A stretch of 64,000 nt of DNA, taken from IMG/VR virus record IMGVR_UViG_3300037461_000726, positions 2,973 through 66,972 of that record; one strand, 5' to 3'. Origin of the DNA: a virus. Positions 55,275 to 64,000 of this stretch are shown here, one piece after another. The notes below the pieces were generated by a model that had not been told where the DNA came from, ran no database searches, and worked only from the letters and a program-made list of their open reading frames with translations. Positions within the stretch are counted from its first letter, which is position 1, and every line of letters starts with the position of its first letter. The position numbers were made by a program, and so were the translations under genes.

Positions 55275-57797
55275 ATGTTATACATGGGATTAAGAAAACA
55301 AAGTGATACTACATATCCGTTGTTCTTTATGTTGATTTCTTCTTCTGACCATATAACAGGACTTACAGGAAAATCTGGAAGTGTTGTGGTGAGTCTTTCA
55401 AAAAATGGGGCTGGTGGTGGAGTTCCCGCAGGGGCAATATCTGAAGTGGATGCGACTAACCATCCAGGACTTTATAAAATTGCTGACAATGCTACTGATT
55501 CAAATACTCTTGGGGTTTTGAACATTCATGCTAAAGATGCAGCGAGTGACCCTATGGATTGTAAATATGATATAGTAAATTATGACCCGTTTACCTTCTT
55601 GCCATCAGTTAATGTTTCACAGTGGAATGGAACGAATGTAGCGACACCTGCAACGGCAGGATATCCTGTTGTCACACATAAGGTTGGAACCGGAATAGGA
55701 GAATTGCAGATAGCATCCGGTGTTGTTCAATCCAATATGATGCAGATTCTTTCTTCTGTGATTACCGGAACAGCAGCACAGATAGTGGCAGCATTTACAA
55801 AATGGTTTAATGTGGCTACTCCAACGGGTACGGTTAATTCTATACCTGATGCTGTTGCGGGGGCAAGTGGAGGCTTACCAACAACAAACGGAACAAAAGT
55901 TTTACAGACTGTTGATTTGACAGCAGGCCAGAGTATTGCTTGCTCCGATAAGACTGGATTTAGTTTATCAACAGATGGATTAAAAGCAATTTGGGATTTC
56001 TTAACTGCAGATGTAACTGTAGTGATTGCTTCCTTTGGCAATCTCTTCAAAACAAATCTTAACGCTAAGGTTGGGGACGCGGTTGATACAGTAAATAGTG
56101 GAACACATGGAAATGCTCAATTGCTTTCTGCAATTCAAAATGTTCAGAATGGAACTTTTATTGTAGCTGCTATTCCGCAAATTCTTGAAAGACCGGATGC
56201 AGGGAGCACAACAATATCTATATCGGTTGTCTTTTATGATGAGACTGGAGCAGCTAAAAATCTTGATTCCGGAAATCCGACAATGACATTGGTCAACGAT
56301 GCTGGAACAGATTTATCAGGAAGACTTGGCTCATGGACAAATCCAGCTACTGGTAAATATTTAATTGATTATACTAATACAAGTACAGATGTTATTGAAG
56401 GATTGCATTGGGATATAACAGGAACAATCAATAGCAAGCTTCGTAGATGGGTTGCGTTTACACAGCTTACAGATACAACGGCGGTTGATTTTACTACTGA
56501 CGATAGAAATAAGTTGACCTTGATTACAGGAACATATGGAGCAAAGGTTGATTCAAGAGATGTAAATGGAAATTTACCTGCTCAGGTTAAAGTGCTTGAT
56601 GATATTGATTTTAGTACGACAATGAAGACGAGCTTGAATAATGCGACACCTACTGTGACAGTGAATGCAACGAGTATTAAAGCATTCTGGGATTATTTGA
56701 CTGCGGATGTAACTGCAGTAATAGCTTCCTTTGGTAATTTGTTCAAGACAAATGTCAATGAGACCATTTCTTCAAGGTCAAGCCACACTGCAGCAGATGT
56801 TTGGACAGTTACTACGAGGACTTTATCTAGTTTTGGAACTTTGGTTGCAGACATTGCAACAGCAGTCTGGGGAGCCACAACGAGAACTTTATCTGCATTT
56901 GGGTTTACAGTCGCAACAAATAGTGATTCTAATGTAGCCTCAATTAAGGGGGTTACCGACCAATTCAGGTTTACAGTAACAAACCAAGTTGATGCGAATA
57001 CTTTGACTGGAGGAATTGATGCTGAAGGAATACGAGAAGCTCTTGGAATGGAAGAAGCAAATATGGATGAGCAATTTGATGCCATTCCAACAGTTTCTGA
57101 AAATCAAAGCGGGATAGCTAAGACTACGGATGTCACAGCATCAACTAATACGATAATGAATGCGATTGATGATATCCCGACTGTGGCTGAAAATCAAGAA
57201 GGGTTGGCTAAGACCACCGATGTTACAAGTGCTCAGGCTGCGATTGAAACAGCAATTGATGATGCTGAGGCTGCAATTATAGCCAAGATAGAAGAAGAGA
57301 GTGAAGGAGCAGGGATTATTCCTTGGACATATACTTTAACAAATTCAATAACGGGATTGCCAATTGCTGATGCTCAAGTATGGATATCAACAGACTCTGA
57401 TGGACAAAACATAATCGCTTCCGGTGATACTGATATGTATGGTCAGAAAACATTTAATTTAAGTGAGGGAACGGTTTATATTTGGAGAAAGAAAGCCGGG
57501 TTTAATTTTAATGACCCCGATATGGAAATCATTACAGAGGATACTCCTGCCGGTGGTGACGGGTCTCCGGTTGTTATCCCGTTAGATTATACTTTGACAA
57601 ATGATGTAACACTTGAACCGATTGAGGGAGCAACAGTTTATGTATCCACAGACTCAATAGGAAATAATGTTATTGCTACAGGAGAAACAGATTCAAATGG
57701 GTTAGTCTCCTTTGATTTATACGAAGGGACTTTTTATCTATGGCGAAGTAAAACAGGGTTTACATTTACAAACCCAGACACGGAGGTGCTGTCATGA
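55275..57797 (+). CDS. Putative virion structural protein
   Basis: Duplicated KA.WD.LTADVT.VIASFGNLFKTN and D.IPTV.ENQ.G.AKTTDVT segments; two C-terminal Ig-like repeats (YTLTN..T..PI..A.V..STDS.G.N.IA.G.TD..G). Confidence 0.6.
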   Translation: MLYMGLRKQSDTTYPLFFMLISSSDHITGLTGKSGSVVVSLSKNGAGGGVPAGAISEVDATNHPGLYKIADNATDSNTLGVLNIHAKDAASDPMDCKYDIVNYDPFTFLPSVNVSQWNGTNVATPATAGYPVVTHKVGTGIGELQIASGVVQSNMMQILSSVITGTAAQIVAAFTKWFNVATPTGTVNSIPDAVAGASGGLPTTNGTKVLQTVDLTAGQSIACSDKTGFSLSTDGLKAIWDFLTADVTVVIASFGNLFKTNLNAKVGDAVDTVNSGTHGNAQLLSAIQNVQNGTFIVAAIPQILERPDAGSTTISISVVFYDETGAAKNLDSGNPTMTLVNDAGTDLSGRLGSWTNPATGKYLIDYTNTSTDVIEGLHWDITGTINSKLRRWVAFTQLTDTTAVDFTTDDRNKLTLITGTYGAKVDSRDVNGNLPAQVKVLDDIDFSTTMKTSLNNATPTVTVNATSIKAFWDYLTADVTAVIASFGNLFKTNVNETISSRSSHTAADVWTVTTRTLSSFGTLVADIATAVWGATTRTLSAFGFTVATNSDSNVASIKGVTDQFRFTVTNQVDANTLTGGIDAEGIREALGMEEANMDEQFDAIPTVSENQSGIAKTTDVTASTNTIMNAIDDIPTVAENQEGLAKTTDVTSAQAAIETAIDDAEAAIIAKIEEESEGAGIIPWTYTLTNSITGLPIADAQVWISTDSDGQNIIASGDTDMYGQKTFNLSEGTVYIWRKKAGFNFNDPDMEIITEDTPAGGDGSPVVIPLDYTLTNDVTLEPIEGATVYVSTDSIGNNVIATGETDSNGLVSFDLYEGTFYLWRSKTGFTFTNPDTEVLS

Positions 57798-58231
57798 GTA
57801 GTGGGTCAGGAACTGGAACTCCAGTAACAACTACAATTTTCTCTGTTCAATTTAGAATAGATTTTCCTGAGTTTGCTCACACAAGCCCGGAAACATTTAC
57901 TGATGAGTCCATAAATTTCTGGTATGGAATTGGTGATAAATTGTTAAGCGCCGCCATATGGGATGCGATAGACATAAGAACTTATGGGTTGGAATTGTTT
58001 GTTGCTCATAATGTTATATTGGCGTACAATGAACAGCAAGCAATTCTTTCCGGTGACATGAGTGGCGGGAAAACTCCGGGATTGATAACCGGTACTGGTG
58101 TAGGAGATGTTAACCTTAATTATGATATCCAATCTATTGTAGAAGAGGGCGGGGGTGAGTATAACACCACAATTTATGGACGTAAACTTTTAAGGTTGGT
58201 TAAAACAATAGCCATTGCAGCTCAGGTGTAA
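57794..58231 (+). CDS. Head-tail adaptor (DUF4054-like)
   Basis: FRIDFPEF, LFVAH, VGDV...Y, YNTTIYG..L..L. Confidence 0.8.
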   Translation: MSSGSGTGTPVTTTIFSVQFRIDFPEFAHTSPETFTDESINFWYGIGDKLLSAAIWDAIDIRTYGLELFVAHNVILAYNEQQAILSGDMSGGKTPGLITGTGVGDVNLNYDIQSIVEEGGGEYNTTIYGRKLLRLVKTIAIAAQV

Positions 58232-58815
58232 TGATGAAGGTTTCGTTAAAAACACAAGTTGACAACACGTTATCCGTAATGAATAGAATAAAGAGTCTTA
58301 CGGGAATGGATGTCCTTGTTGGCATTCCTGAGGAAACAGCAGGAAGAGAAGATGAGGAAGTAAACAATGCTCAACTTATTGCTTATCATACAAAGGGGGT
58401 CAGGGCTCCTTCGATGAGAGAGGAAATGGGTAAAAACATTGAAAAAGGCGAAACATACAACACAGCTCATTCGATGTATATAACGGCTCATGGTTCCCCC
58501 TTGCATAGCGTTCCTCCGAGACCGATTATTGAACCGGCGATAGAAGCTACTGGCAATAAGGAAAGAATAGCGGAAGATTTGAAAGTGGTTAGTCAATTGT
58601 TGATGGAAGGAAAAAGGGACCAAGCTATTCAAGCTTTGCATATGGCGGGAATGGATGCCACAAACATGATAAAAGCATGGTTTGATGACCCAAGGAATGG
58701 TTGGGCTCCTAATGCTCCTTTAACGATAAAGAAAAAGAAATCGGACAAAGTTTTGGTGGATACGGGCCAAATGCGTAATGCCATAACCCATGTGGTGGAA
58801 GTAGAGGGCACATGA
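58231..58815 (+). CDS. Neck/virion morphogenesis protein
   Basis: VLVGIP, VPPRPII, W.PNAP.TIKKK.SDK.LVDTGQMRNAIT. Confidence 0.8.
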   Translation: MMKVSLKTQVDNTLSVMNRIKSLTGMDVLVGIPEETAGREDEEVNNAQLIAYHTKGVRAPSMREEMGKNIEKGETYNTAHSMYITAHGSPLHSVPPRPIIEPAIEATGNKERIAEDLKVVSQLLMEGKRDQAIQALHMAGMDATNMIKAWFDDPRNGWAPNAPLTIKKKKSDKVLVDTGQMRNAITHVVEVEGT

Positions 58816-59177
58816 TTAGTTTAAAACTTGCTATTTTAAATAGAGATAGGCTTCAATCCTTTACAGTATATCGTTCTTCTGGAGATTGGGACGATAATGG
58901 AAGATGGACTGAAAATGCCCCTACTCAAATAGTAATGAAAGGGGTTGTTTCTGTAGCCAATCAGAAAGAATTAAATCAATACCCTGAGGGAGATAGAATA
59001 AAGGGAGCAATGGTGTTTCATACGATAGACCCGTTGTATCCAACAAGAACAGGGACGGACAAAGGAACATCCGATAAGATAATGTGGGATGGCGAATATT
59101 ACAGATTGGCAAATGTTTGGCCGTATAAAGATTATGGTTATTATAAGGCCATTGGCTTTAGGATAAAGGGTAGTTAA
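58812..59177 (+). CDS. Head closure/head-tail joining protein
   Basis: EL...PEGDRIKG, D.I.WDG..Y, DYGYYKA. Confidence 0.7.
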   Translation: MISLKLAILNRDRLQSFTVYRSSGDWDDNGRWTENAPTQIVMKGVVSVANQKELNQYPEGDRIKGAMVFHTIDPLYPTRTGTDKGTSDKIMWDGEYYRLANVWPYKDYGYYKAIGFRIKGS

Positions 59178-59178
59178 T

Positions 59179-59754
59179 ATGACAGAACAATATAGAACCT
59201 TAATTGAATTTGAAAATCTGTTTCCAAGAATGATTAATTTAATGCTTGGTTGGGATTACAGAGATAAAAAAGTAAGAGTGGCGTATTCTCAGACCGGCGC
59301 TCCTGCTTGGGGTGTTGAAGACAATTTAGTTTTTCTTTATGCAAAGGAAGTGGACAACTTGTACAACAGGCCGAGAGAAGTAACGGATATATATGAAGTT
59401 TCTCCTGATGAATTTAGCAGCGAAACAAATTATACAAGAGTAATGCAGTTGTTTTTAACTTTGTATGGGACCAATGCTACTACAAATGCAGACACGATTA
59501 GGGATAGCATTTTTTATCCGGAGTTTAAGTTGTTATTGGACCAACAGAAAGTATATTTGATACATGATATCGCGGCACCAAGAAGAGCTCCAGAATATTG
59601 GGAAGGATTGTGGTATGAAAGAGTGGACATGAGTATGACGTTTAATGAATTGATAGTTCGGAGCATTTCTGTTCCGAGAATAACCAGCATTGATGTTGCC
59701 ATTTATGAGGGAGAAGGTGGAACTAAAATAGCTGAGATACACGAAGAAGAATAA
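59179..59754 (+). CDS. Neck terminator/tail completion protein
   Basis: Position before the sheath; W.ER.DM...FNE. Confidence 0.65.
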   Translation: MTEQYRTLIEFENLFPRMINLMLGWDYRDKKVRVAYSQTGAPAWGVEDNLVFLYAKEVDNLYNRPREVTDIYEVSPDEFSSETNYTRVMQLFLTLYGTNATTNADTIRDSIFYPEFKLLLDQQKVYLIHDIAAPRRAPEYWEGLWYERVDMSMTFNELIVRSISVPRITSIDVAIYEGEGGTKIAEIHEEE

Positions 59755-59774
59755 ATAATAGGAGGATAAGTAGT

Positions 59775-60911
59775 ATGACAACTTTAAATTTGGACCAAAT
59801 TGTAGATGTGACAGTGGTGGTTTCAGCTGCTGCTGCTCCGAGAGCTGCATTTAATCAGCTTTTAATCATGGGAGTGACTGGATTGGGTATTTCAAATCCG
59901 ATAACAGTAGCGGAAAGAGTGAGGGAGTATACCGCATTAGCGGACATGTTAACAGATGGCTTTGCCATTACAGATGCTGAGTATTTGGCAGCGACTAAAT
60001 ACATGGGTCAGTCACCGGCACCGGACACTTTCTGGATTGGGGTAAGAGATAGCACATCCAGTCCGGCAGAGTCAGTAGCAGAGGGGTTGGTGGCTTGTCG
60101 TGCGGCAGAAGCGGATTGGTACATTGCATATTCGGTTGAAGCAACCTCTTCCGATATATTGGAAGCGGCTCCTTTGGTGGAAGCGATGACTCCTTCAACC
60201 GTATTGGCATACAATTCGTCTGATTCGGGAATCATTGTAGCGGACCCGGAAATTGACGATGTGTGCACTACTTTAAAGAACAATTCCTATTCAAGGACAA
60301 TAGGAATGTATCATTTGACCGCACACGCCATCGCGGGAGCAATGGGGGTTGCATGCGGATTGAATGACAGTCTGGCAAATTCCGCGTTTACTTTGTTCGG
60401 TAAGACAATCGTTGGCCTTACAACAACTGACATGACCTCAGGGGTCAAGGCGATTGTTGAAGGGAAAAATTGCAATGCGTATTTGAGTTACGGAAATTAT
60501 TACAGTATCTTTGAGCCGGGAGTGATGGCAAATGGATATTTCTTTGACCAAGTGGTTAACAGAGACATGTTGGTTAACGACATCCAGTTATCATGCATGG
60601 ACCTTCTTTACGGCAATCGTAAGATTCCTCAGACTGAGGCCGGTATGTCAATGATTCATAACGTGTTGGCAAGAGCTTGCGAGTTGGCAGTAACAAGAGG
60701 CCATTTAGGTCCGGGAACGTATACGGGAATTCCTTTCTTGAATTTGGCTACAGGTGATGCGTTACCGAACGGGTACGTTATTCAAAGCACTTCACTGGCT
60801 GACCAGTCGGCTGCAGATAGGGCTTTACGGAAAGCGGTACCGTTCTATATAACGATTAAGGAAGCCGGTGCTGTACACAGTATCACGGTTCAAGTAATGG
60901 TAAACATTTAA
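59775..60911 (+). CDS. Contractile tail sheath protein (DUF3383-like)
   Basis: IVDVTVVVS, EYLAA.KY.GQSP.P, G.MANG.FFD, LY...KIPQT.AG, EAGAVH. Confidence 0.85.
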   Translation: MTTLNLDQIVDVTVVVSAAAAPRAAFNQLLIMGVTGLGISNPITVAERVREYTALADMLTDGFAITDAEYLAATKYMGQSPAPDTFWIGVRDSTSSPAESVAEGLVACRAAEADWYIAYSVEATSSDILEAAPLVEAMTPSTVLAYNSSDSGIIVADPEIDDVCTTLKNNSYSRTIGMYHLTAHAIAGAMGVACGLNDSLANSAFTLFGKTIVGLTTTDMTSGVKAIVEGKNCNAYLSYGNYYSIFEPGVMANGYFFDQVVNRDMLVNDIQLSCMDLLYGNRKIPQTEAGMSMIHNVLARACELAVTRGHLGPGTYTGIPFLNLATGDALPNGYVIQSTSLADQSAADRALRKAVPFYITIKEAGAVHSITVQVMVNI

Positions 60912-60937
60912 TAAAATAGTTCAAGGAGGATAAAGAT

Positions 60938-61375
60938 ATGCAGACAACTTATAGTTTTTTAGACACTACTTTGATATTCGCTCACCCTGATGCGCCGGTT
61001 CCTATTACCATAACAGGGGAAGGTGCAGGAAGGGTTACGGTATCGATGGATGGAGACAGAACAGCGATGGACCAAGCTGCTGACGGCGCTGTGATGGTTT
61101 CAAAGATGGCAGCAACAATCGGTACCGTGATGATTGATGTACAACAGACTTCACAGGTCCATAAAAAGTTGCTTGCTTTGTTCAATACGCTGTATATAGC
61201 AGACACTTCAGCGTGGGCCAAAGCAACGATAACAATCAGAAATTCTTCTGATGGAACCGGCCATGTTTGTACAGGCGTGGCCTTTTCAAAGCCGGGTGAT
61301 AAGGTCTATCAGAAAGACGGGCAGCATGTGTCTTGGACACTTAAGTGTGCAGACATTCAAAACTTAACGGTGTAA
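60938..61375 (+). CDS. Tail tube protein (DUF3277-like)
   Basis: TYSF.D, ADG.VMVSK, QQTS, C.GV.F.K. Confidence 0.8.
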   Translation: MQTTYSFLDTTLIFAHPDAPVPITITGEGAGRVTVSMDGDRTAMDQAADGAVMVSKMAATIGTVMIDVQQTSQVHKKLLALFNTLYIADTSAWAKATITIRNSSDGTGHVCTGVAFSKPGDKVYQKDGQHVSWTLKCADIQNLTV

Positions 61376-61401
61376 CAACAAAATAAAAAGGAGAGAGTAA
61401 G

Positions 61402-61791
61402 ATGAACACAGAAAGAACAAAGATGTTCCCCTTGGAGGGGAAAACCTGGAAGATGAACAAGGTTAATGCATTAGAAGGGTCCAATCTGCTGAGAATGTTT
61501 ACAGCTGCAGGAAATTCTAACCCTCAAGAATTTCTTGCCAACATGCCAAATGACAAATTCAAGCCGATACAGACCATCCTTTTGTCTGAGGTTTTCTTGG
61601 TGAAAACCATCAATGAGCAGGAAATTTCGGTTCCTGTAATATTGCCGAGCGGTCAGATTGAAGTGGAGGCCAATGATTCTGGGTTGCTGTTTATGTTGAC
61701 AGTAATCTCATTGATGTTTAATCTTTCGGGTTTTTTCGAAGACAACACATTGAAGGAATTTCAAACAGTAGTAGCATCTTTCAATGTGTAG
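61402..61791 (+). CDS. Tail assembly chaperone
   Basis: Between tube and tape measure genes; slippery GGGTTTTTTC near the 3' end. Confidence 0.7.
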   Translation: MNTERTKMFPLEGKTWKMNKVNALEGSNLLRMFTAAGNSNPQEFLANMPNDKFKPIQTILLSEVFLVKTINEQEISVPVILPSGQIEVEANDSGLLFMLTVISLMFNLSGFFEDNTLKEFQTVVASFNV

Positions 61792-61970
61792 AATCGAAAA
61801 ACTGTGATGGTTTTGCGTTTGGGCCGGTTTTAGCGGGCCATTGGAAACAGAAAGAATTGTGGGACGGCACTTATAACATTGATGATTTGATGGACATAAA
61901 TGAAATGATGATGGTCAAAAATGAAAATGAGCGCCGTTACCAAGAGTTTATAAGGAACAACAATGGCTGA
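61402..61970 (+). CDS. Frameshift-extended tail chaperone (-1 PRF; DUF6889-like C-terminus)
   Basis: The -1 frame is open from 61737 to TGA at 61968: ...GPVLAGHWKQKELWDGTYNIDDLMDINE...ENERR; no RBS-supported start of its own seen. Confidence 0.65.
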
Positions 61971-64000
61971 TATTTTAAAAAGTTATCTAGTATCATTGGG
62001 TTACGAAGTAGATTCGGCTTCGTATAATAAGTTTGCTGAGACAATAAAACGTGCTGGCAATGCGGTTGAGTCTCATACAGGTTTGATGGCAGGCAATTAT
62101 ACGAAAGCCGGACTTACTATTGTAACTACAATAGGGGCCATAGTAGCTGCAACCGGTAAGATGGTTGAAAGCATTGCTATGGCCGATTTGGGTTATGAAA
62201 AGTTGGCGCTTCGGATGTACATGAGCAAGGAAGCAGCTAAACAGTACAGTATTGTTTTAAAATCAATGGGTGAGGACCCTGCAAACATCCGGTGGATTCC
62301 GGAATTGCATAAGCAATATTTGGCGTTGATGAAAGATGTTGAAAAAATGTCCTTGCCCAAAGAATTTAACAACATGACGGCTCAAGTCAGAGATTTTAGG
62401 TTTGAGTTTACGCGGTTAAAAGCTGAGTCCATTATGGGTCTACAATGGATAGGTTTCCACTTGATGAATAAATTAGTAGACCCATTAGGAAAGGCCAAGT
62501 TTTCATTTAAGTCTTTCAATGATTATTTGATAGACCAAATGCCGAAAATAACAGAAATGATAGCCAACAAATTTTATAATTTGGGTAAGATTTTCTGGAA
62601 CGCATTTGAAGTCCTTAAAGTTGTCGGTGGACAGGCGATGAAGTTATGGGACCAATTGACTCCTAACACTAAATTTTGGGTTGCAATGGGCCTTTTGGGG
62701 GCTTTATTTACAGTATTAGGGCCTTTTGGGAAGGCTTTAGTAGTGTTAACTTTGCTTATTGGTATAGCAAGTGAGTTTTGGGATGCGATGCAGGGGAAAG
62801 AAACGCTAATTCCAAGTGATGCTTTATGGAATATGGCTGCAGCCGTAAATGCAATCGTCACTTCTATGAAGAACGCTATTTACTTGGCACAGGCTTTTTG
62901 GTATGCTTTGAAAGGTGATTCAGCGAGCCAACACAGGGAGTGGAATATAGCAAAAGCGTTTAATGAGGCAGAGATAGGGAGAAGAGAAGTTGCCATAACA
63001 CAAGCTAAAGAAGCAAGGAGACACATAGAAAAAGGGGACGTTTCTGGACCTCAAGAATTGGCATATAAATTATTGTATGGGGAGAAGGGCAGTAAAATGC
63101 CAACTCTGAAAGACATGGACGTTCATATTGCTAAACTTGAAATGGCAAAAGAAGAAAATAGGCGCAAAGCTTTAGAATATAAGAAAAAAATAGAAGAAGG
63201 GGCAAAGACTGAAGCTGAATATATAGGAAAGTCTGCAGAAGCCCTTAATAAAGTGGAAGAAGTTAAATGGGAACCGCCTGAATCAGTAAGGAAGTCTCCA
63301 CTCAAATATAGCGATGAAAGAAGAAAACAATTAACACAGTATATGCGGGAGCATGAGGGGCAGAGGGATGAACAGTGGTATAGGGACATGAGAACTTTAC
63401 CAAAATCTGTTCAAGAAGCAATGGGTTTTGTTGATAAAGGTGCTGGAATTGCTCCCTCCAATTTAAAAGGACTGGATAAATACTCAGAAATAATTGCAGA
63501 AGCACATAAGAGATATCCCAATGTAAGGGAAGGATTAATTAGGGGCGTTATAGCCAAAGAAAGCGGTGGAAGAGGAAGACCGGGACCAACGGTAAATGTT
63601 GGTAGAGGAGATGAACAAGCTCAAGGTTTAATGCAATTGTTACCTTCTTCTTTTGGGGGAAGGAAAATAATAGATGATTATGAAAATGTCATGGAAGGGA
63701 CTAAGTATCTTTCTGAGTTAATAAAGAAAACAGGAACTGAAGAGGGGGCTTTAAAGATTTATGGCGGGTTTAAAACTAAAGACCCTTCCCAATATATAAA
63801 CCAAATAATGAGATACGCAGGACAAAACCAAGCAGGAATGGCCAATTCCAATAACGTTGTTAATAGCAACAACCCAACTATAAATGTAACAGTCATGTCT
63901 CCTTCTAAAGAACAGGGACAAGCTACGGTAGATGTGATTGATAAATATTTAGGTAAATTTGGCTGGAACAAAAAAACGGTACAACAAGCGTTGATACCGA
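61963..64000 (+). CDS. Tape measure protein with lytic transglycosylase (SLT) domain, runs off window edge; not in ORF track
   Basis: MADILKSYLVSLGYEVD start; around 63470-63815 GVIAKESGG...AQGLMQL...ENVMEGTKYLSEL...ALKIY. Confidence 0.85.
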   Translation, partial: MADILKSYLVSLGYEVDSASYNKFAETIKRAGNAVESHTGLMAGNYTKAGLTIVTTIGAIVAATGKMVESIAMADLGYEKLALRMYMSKEAAKQYSIVLKSMGEDPANIRWIPELHKQYLALMKDVEKMSLPKEFNNMTAQVRDFRFEFTRLKAESIMGLQWIGFHLMNKLVDPLGKAKFSFKSFNDYLIDQMPKITEMIANKFYNLGKIFWNAFEVLKVVGGQAMKLWDQLTPNTKFWVAMGLLGALFTVLGPFGKALVVLTLLIGIASEFWDAMQGKETLIPSDALWNMAAAVNAIVTSMKNAIYLAQAFWYALKGDSASQHREWNIAKAFNEAEIGRREVAITQAKEARRHIEKGDVSGPQELAYKLLYGEKGSKMPTLKDMDVHIAKLEMAKEENRRKALEYKKKIEEGAKTEAEYIGKSAEALNKVEEVKWEPPESVRKSPLKYSDERRKQLTQYMREHEGQRDEQWYRDMRTLPKSVQEAMGFVDKGAGIAPSNLKGLDKYSEIIAEAHKRYPNVREGLIRGVIAKESGGRGRPGPTVNVGRGDEQAQGLMQLLPSSFGGRKIIDDYENVMEGTKYLSELIKKTGTEEGALKIYGGFKTKDPSQYINQIMRYAGQNQAGMANSNNVVNSNNPTINVTVMSPSKEQGQATVDVIDKYLGKFGWNKKTVQQALIP

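Noticed and set aside
254-64000. The many antisense or nested ORFs of 60-290 aa in the track (e.g. 14715..15362 +, 21594..22295 +, 54209..55078 -)
   Set aside because: They are shadows of long, motif-bearing ORFs on the opposite strand, with no RBS or recognisable motif.
1-64000. Stop-codon reassignment
   Set aside because: All conserved genes are intact and tightly packed in the standard code.

Overview
This is a 64-kb segment of a large tailed dsDNA phage (Caudoviricetes) with a contractile-tail gene set, read in the standard genetic code. The left arm (1-25.9 kb, minus strand) holds replication and early genes. It includes an apparently complete 2-aminoadenine (Z-genome) cluster: dATP/dGTP diphosphohydrolase, PrimPol-helicase, DatZ-like HD hydrolase, MazG-like pyrophosphatase, PurZ and a family A polymerase. 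It also carries an SNF2 helicase, many small ORFs, and a Ro60/TROVE gene preceded by four Y-RNA/tRNA-like elements. A repeat-rich strand-switch region lies at 25.9-26.7 kb. The right arm (26.7-64 kb, plus strand) holds packaging, head, neck and tail genes. Six head-region ORFs share a 17-18 aa N-terminal leader ending in KD/ND, and four of them are strings of small unrelated modules separated by (T/V/M)-(K/N)-D linkers. I infer these are protease-processed, capsid-packaged cargo polyproteins. All family assignments come from motifs read by eye; no database search was run.
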